DNA from: Monocercomonoides exilis PA203
Taxonomy: Eukaryota > Protista > Preaxostyla
Direction: 5' to 3'
Length of the DNA stretch: 64,000 nt
Assembly: GCA_001643675.2 (NCBI GenBank)
Contig: LSRY02000016.1
Span: forward strand, 434,001-498,000
The notes beneath the pieces were generated by a model. The model saw only the letters and a program-made list of their open reading frames with translations. It was not told where the DNA came from and searched no databases. This document shows, in pieces, positions 61,621-64,000 of the stretch (within the stretch, counting starts at the first letter, position 1; each line of letters opens with the position of its first letter). Position numbers and translations under genes: made by a program.

Positions 61621-64000
61621 TGGAGTTGCAGAATCCAGAACACATACCAACAACTCCTCACAACGTTGACATTCGACGTTTGTTATGATCCAACAAGAAT
61701 TCTCTTCAGCAATTCCACTTTTTTCTTCAATCACTTCATGACTTTTACAAGAACTCATCTTCTCATGTCTTCAACATTGATGAATTTTTTTTTTTTAACT
61801 TCTTCATCCTCACAAATATTTTTATCAGTTCACCATTCGTATGTGACAATCGGATGCTCCAAAGCATGGGTCAACATTCTTTTCGAAACACCTGTGGATG
61901 CAGCAGCTGCTGTTGGCTATTCCTGGACAATCCCGACTTTCTGACTATGTGAAATATCACCATCGAAATTAAGAATCTTGCTCAGATCACGGCTTTGCAC
62001 GTGTGGAGATTGTGATGGACGGATTACAGAGGCATTATTTGAGGTAAAAGAAAAAAAAAAGATTTTTTTCCAGGAATTGTCCAAAAGTTAAAATAGGCAC
62101 GACACGAATAAAGCGAGATATTGACTTCAAAAAATCAACGTTTGATAAGACAACGACCACATTTGAGGAAAAAATATACCGATATAACTATTTTCATAAC
62201 CACTTTTATTCCCCCTAAGAACTCATCATTCAACACCACATGACTCTGAGGTTTTTTATTCCTTTTTTTAAAAAAAAAGAGATGCTTAAGTTCATTGAAA
62301 ACTGTTCTATTTTCTTCTTTCGTTTTCCTTCGACGAAAAGCAATAGTCGATGCCCTTCCACATGTTTTTCAAACTGTAATGAATCTTTCGATGATTCATT
62401 CTACATTTTAAAAATGTATCATGCTGCCTGGACAGTTTAATTCGGTGTTGCAAGAAACTTGGTGCACCTTCAGTGCGAAAATAGAGCTATAATGTTTTAT
62501 CTCCCATGGAAAAACATTTCTAGCCATTGTTTGGAAGAGAAGAAAGAAAACCAAAAGATGAAAGAAGTGAAAAGAAAAGATGATTACGATGAAGAAATAA
62601 GAAATAATTAATAAAAATAAAAATTTTAGAAAAAAATTGAAAAAAATTACTTCCAATTTATCAACAAATAAAGACTTTTGACAGATTAAAATTGCTCCAA
62701 AAATGAATAAATAAATTTTTTAAGCATATTCCTCAAAAACAACAAACAAAACGGTTTTATGAATTTAACTCGATAGCAGTATTATATATTGTTTTGCTCG
62801 TTGAATGATAATTTTTCGCAAAAACCCAATATTAAAAAAGAAACATATCGACTTTTTGAGAAAGCTTTGAAGAGCCGAGAAGAATTAGAATCAATTTATC
62901 CTAAGAAGGGGCGTAACTGCTCTGAATTGTTATATTGCTTCAGATATAAATATATCAGCTGCAGCTTTGCATTGCAGCAATGAGCTCAAAATACAATATT
63001 CACAGAGCAGACGCTTTGATGCAGCTGGCGCACGACAATACTTTGTGAAAGGGTAAATTCCATTTTAGGCGATGCTATCAAGAGTGTGAAATGTGATGCT
63101 TTCCACCATAAATCTGGATTAATAGTGTTCAGGAGCATTGAGCATCTTATTTTTTGATTTCAATGCCATTGGGCGAAAAGAAAGAAGAAAGCATGTGCAA
63201 ATAAAGCAAAAGTGGAATGGAAGAAAGCAAAAAAGCATAGCAAGCAAAAATGCTTCAATGCACATTTTTTTGAAGTGATAAATGCGCAATAAGGATGACT
63301 TTGGTGACTGCTTATTGCTGAAGGATGCAGCGCCACTACTGTTTCGATCACCAGCGGGGAACAAACTGTTTTTGCTGTGAGCAAATGAAGATATGCTGCA
63401 TGCAAAACAGCCAGTATTATTCGAGATTCATTATCTTTAATGGCTTGCAGGCGAGCGATGCAGAGCATCAACCAGGCTCCGATGGATGAGGGAAAAGAAA
63501 GATAATGACCAAAAGGAAGCAGAAGCATCAGTCTACAGCCAGCACAGAAATAAGGGAAGGGAGGCAAGCTGAACAAAGACAAAGAAGGATTCAAGTCGAT
63601 GGAGGAGGCAATAACGCAGAAACAGAATTAGAAACAGGGAAATTGTATGAGGTCCGTGGCGGGATGAGTGCTCCGAAGATGTGGCAAGAAGGATGAAATG
63701 AAAAGTGTGTTCATGGCTGTGCGAACAAATTCATGGATTTATTGTTTTATTTTTATGAAAATGAGAGGGCATTTGATGCCTTGAGTGCTTTGCTGCTTTT
63801 TTTTTTCCCTGGTTTTGTGCAAATTGTTCTGTTAAAATCCATTGTTGCTGAGGATGTTTTTGTAAAGATATTTATTGGATAGCTGCTTCAATTTTGGAAA
63901 AGAAAATTCAGAATTGTGATATTTTTGGAACACTATTTTTTTTATCACTCTGTTTTCTTTTTGGTTCATTTTCTTTTGAAATTACGAAAAAAATACAAAA

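Noticed and set aside
61621-63720. Moderately GC-richer coding-like segments and short ORFs (61612-61944, 62408-62656, 63160-63594)
   Set aside because: There are stops in all frames and no recognisable motif. They may be decayed gene or element remnants but cannot be called.

Overview
Eukaryotic, AT-rich protist DNA with the standard genetic code and many short GT-AG introns. The long TCT/TCC poly-Ser expansions, intron style and gene set suggest an anaerobic metamonad such as the oxymonad Monocercomonoides (inference only). Positions 1-52.4 kb are mostly gene-dense, apart from a 26.3-29.4 kb spacer of nested inverted-repeat elements. The genes are: ribokinase, a ~3,330-aa Pumilio/Puf protein, a 7-TM protein, a degenerate EF-hand protein, a DPY30-domain protein, an RRM/Zn-knuckle SR protein, CstF-50, a P4-ATPase flippase, a fatty-acid elongase, a MAK/ICK kinase, a 5,544-aa IP3-receptor-like channel, RPL28 and INO1. 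Most are arranged as tight head-to-head pairs. After 52.5 kb lies a decay zone: an intron-retaining RPL3 pseudogene, a Merlin/IS1595-type transposase remnant, a pogo-type DD35D transposon, and several TA-GGGT-ended foldback/MITE elements, one inserted in the pogo right TIR. The most notable signals are (i) an IP3R-like channel with a rewritten pore filter and an apparently eroded IP3-binding site, (ii) a DPY30 protein with a dynein stalk/MTBD-like module, (iii) a strong +4U bias at 5' splice sites, and (iv) the TA-GGGT transposon/foldback family. All exon structures and alignments were worked out by eye.
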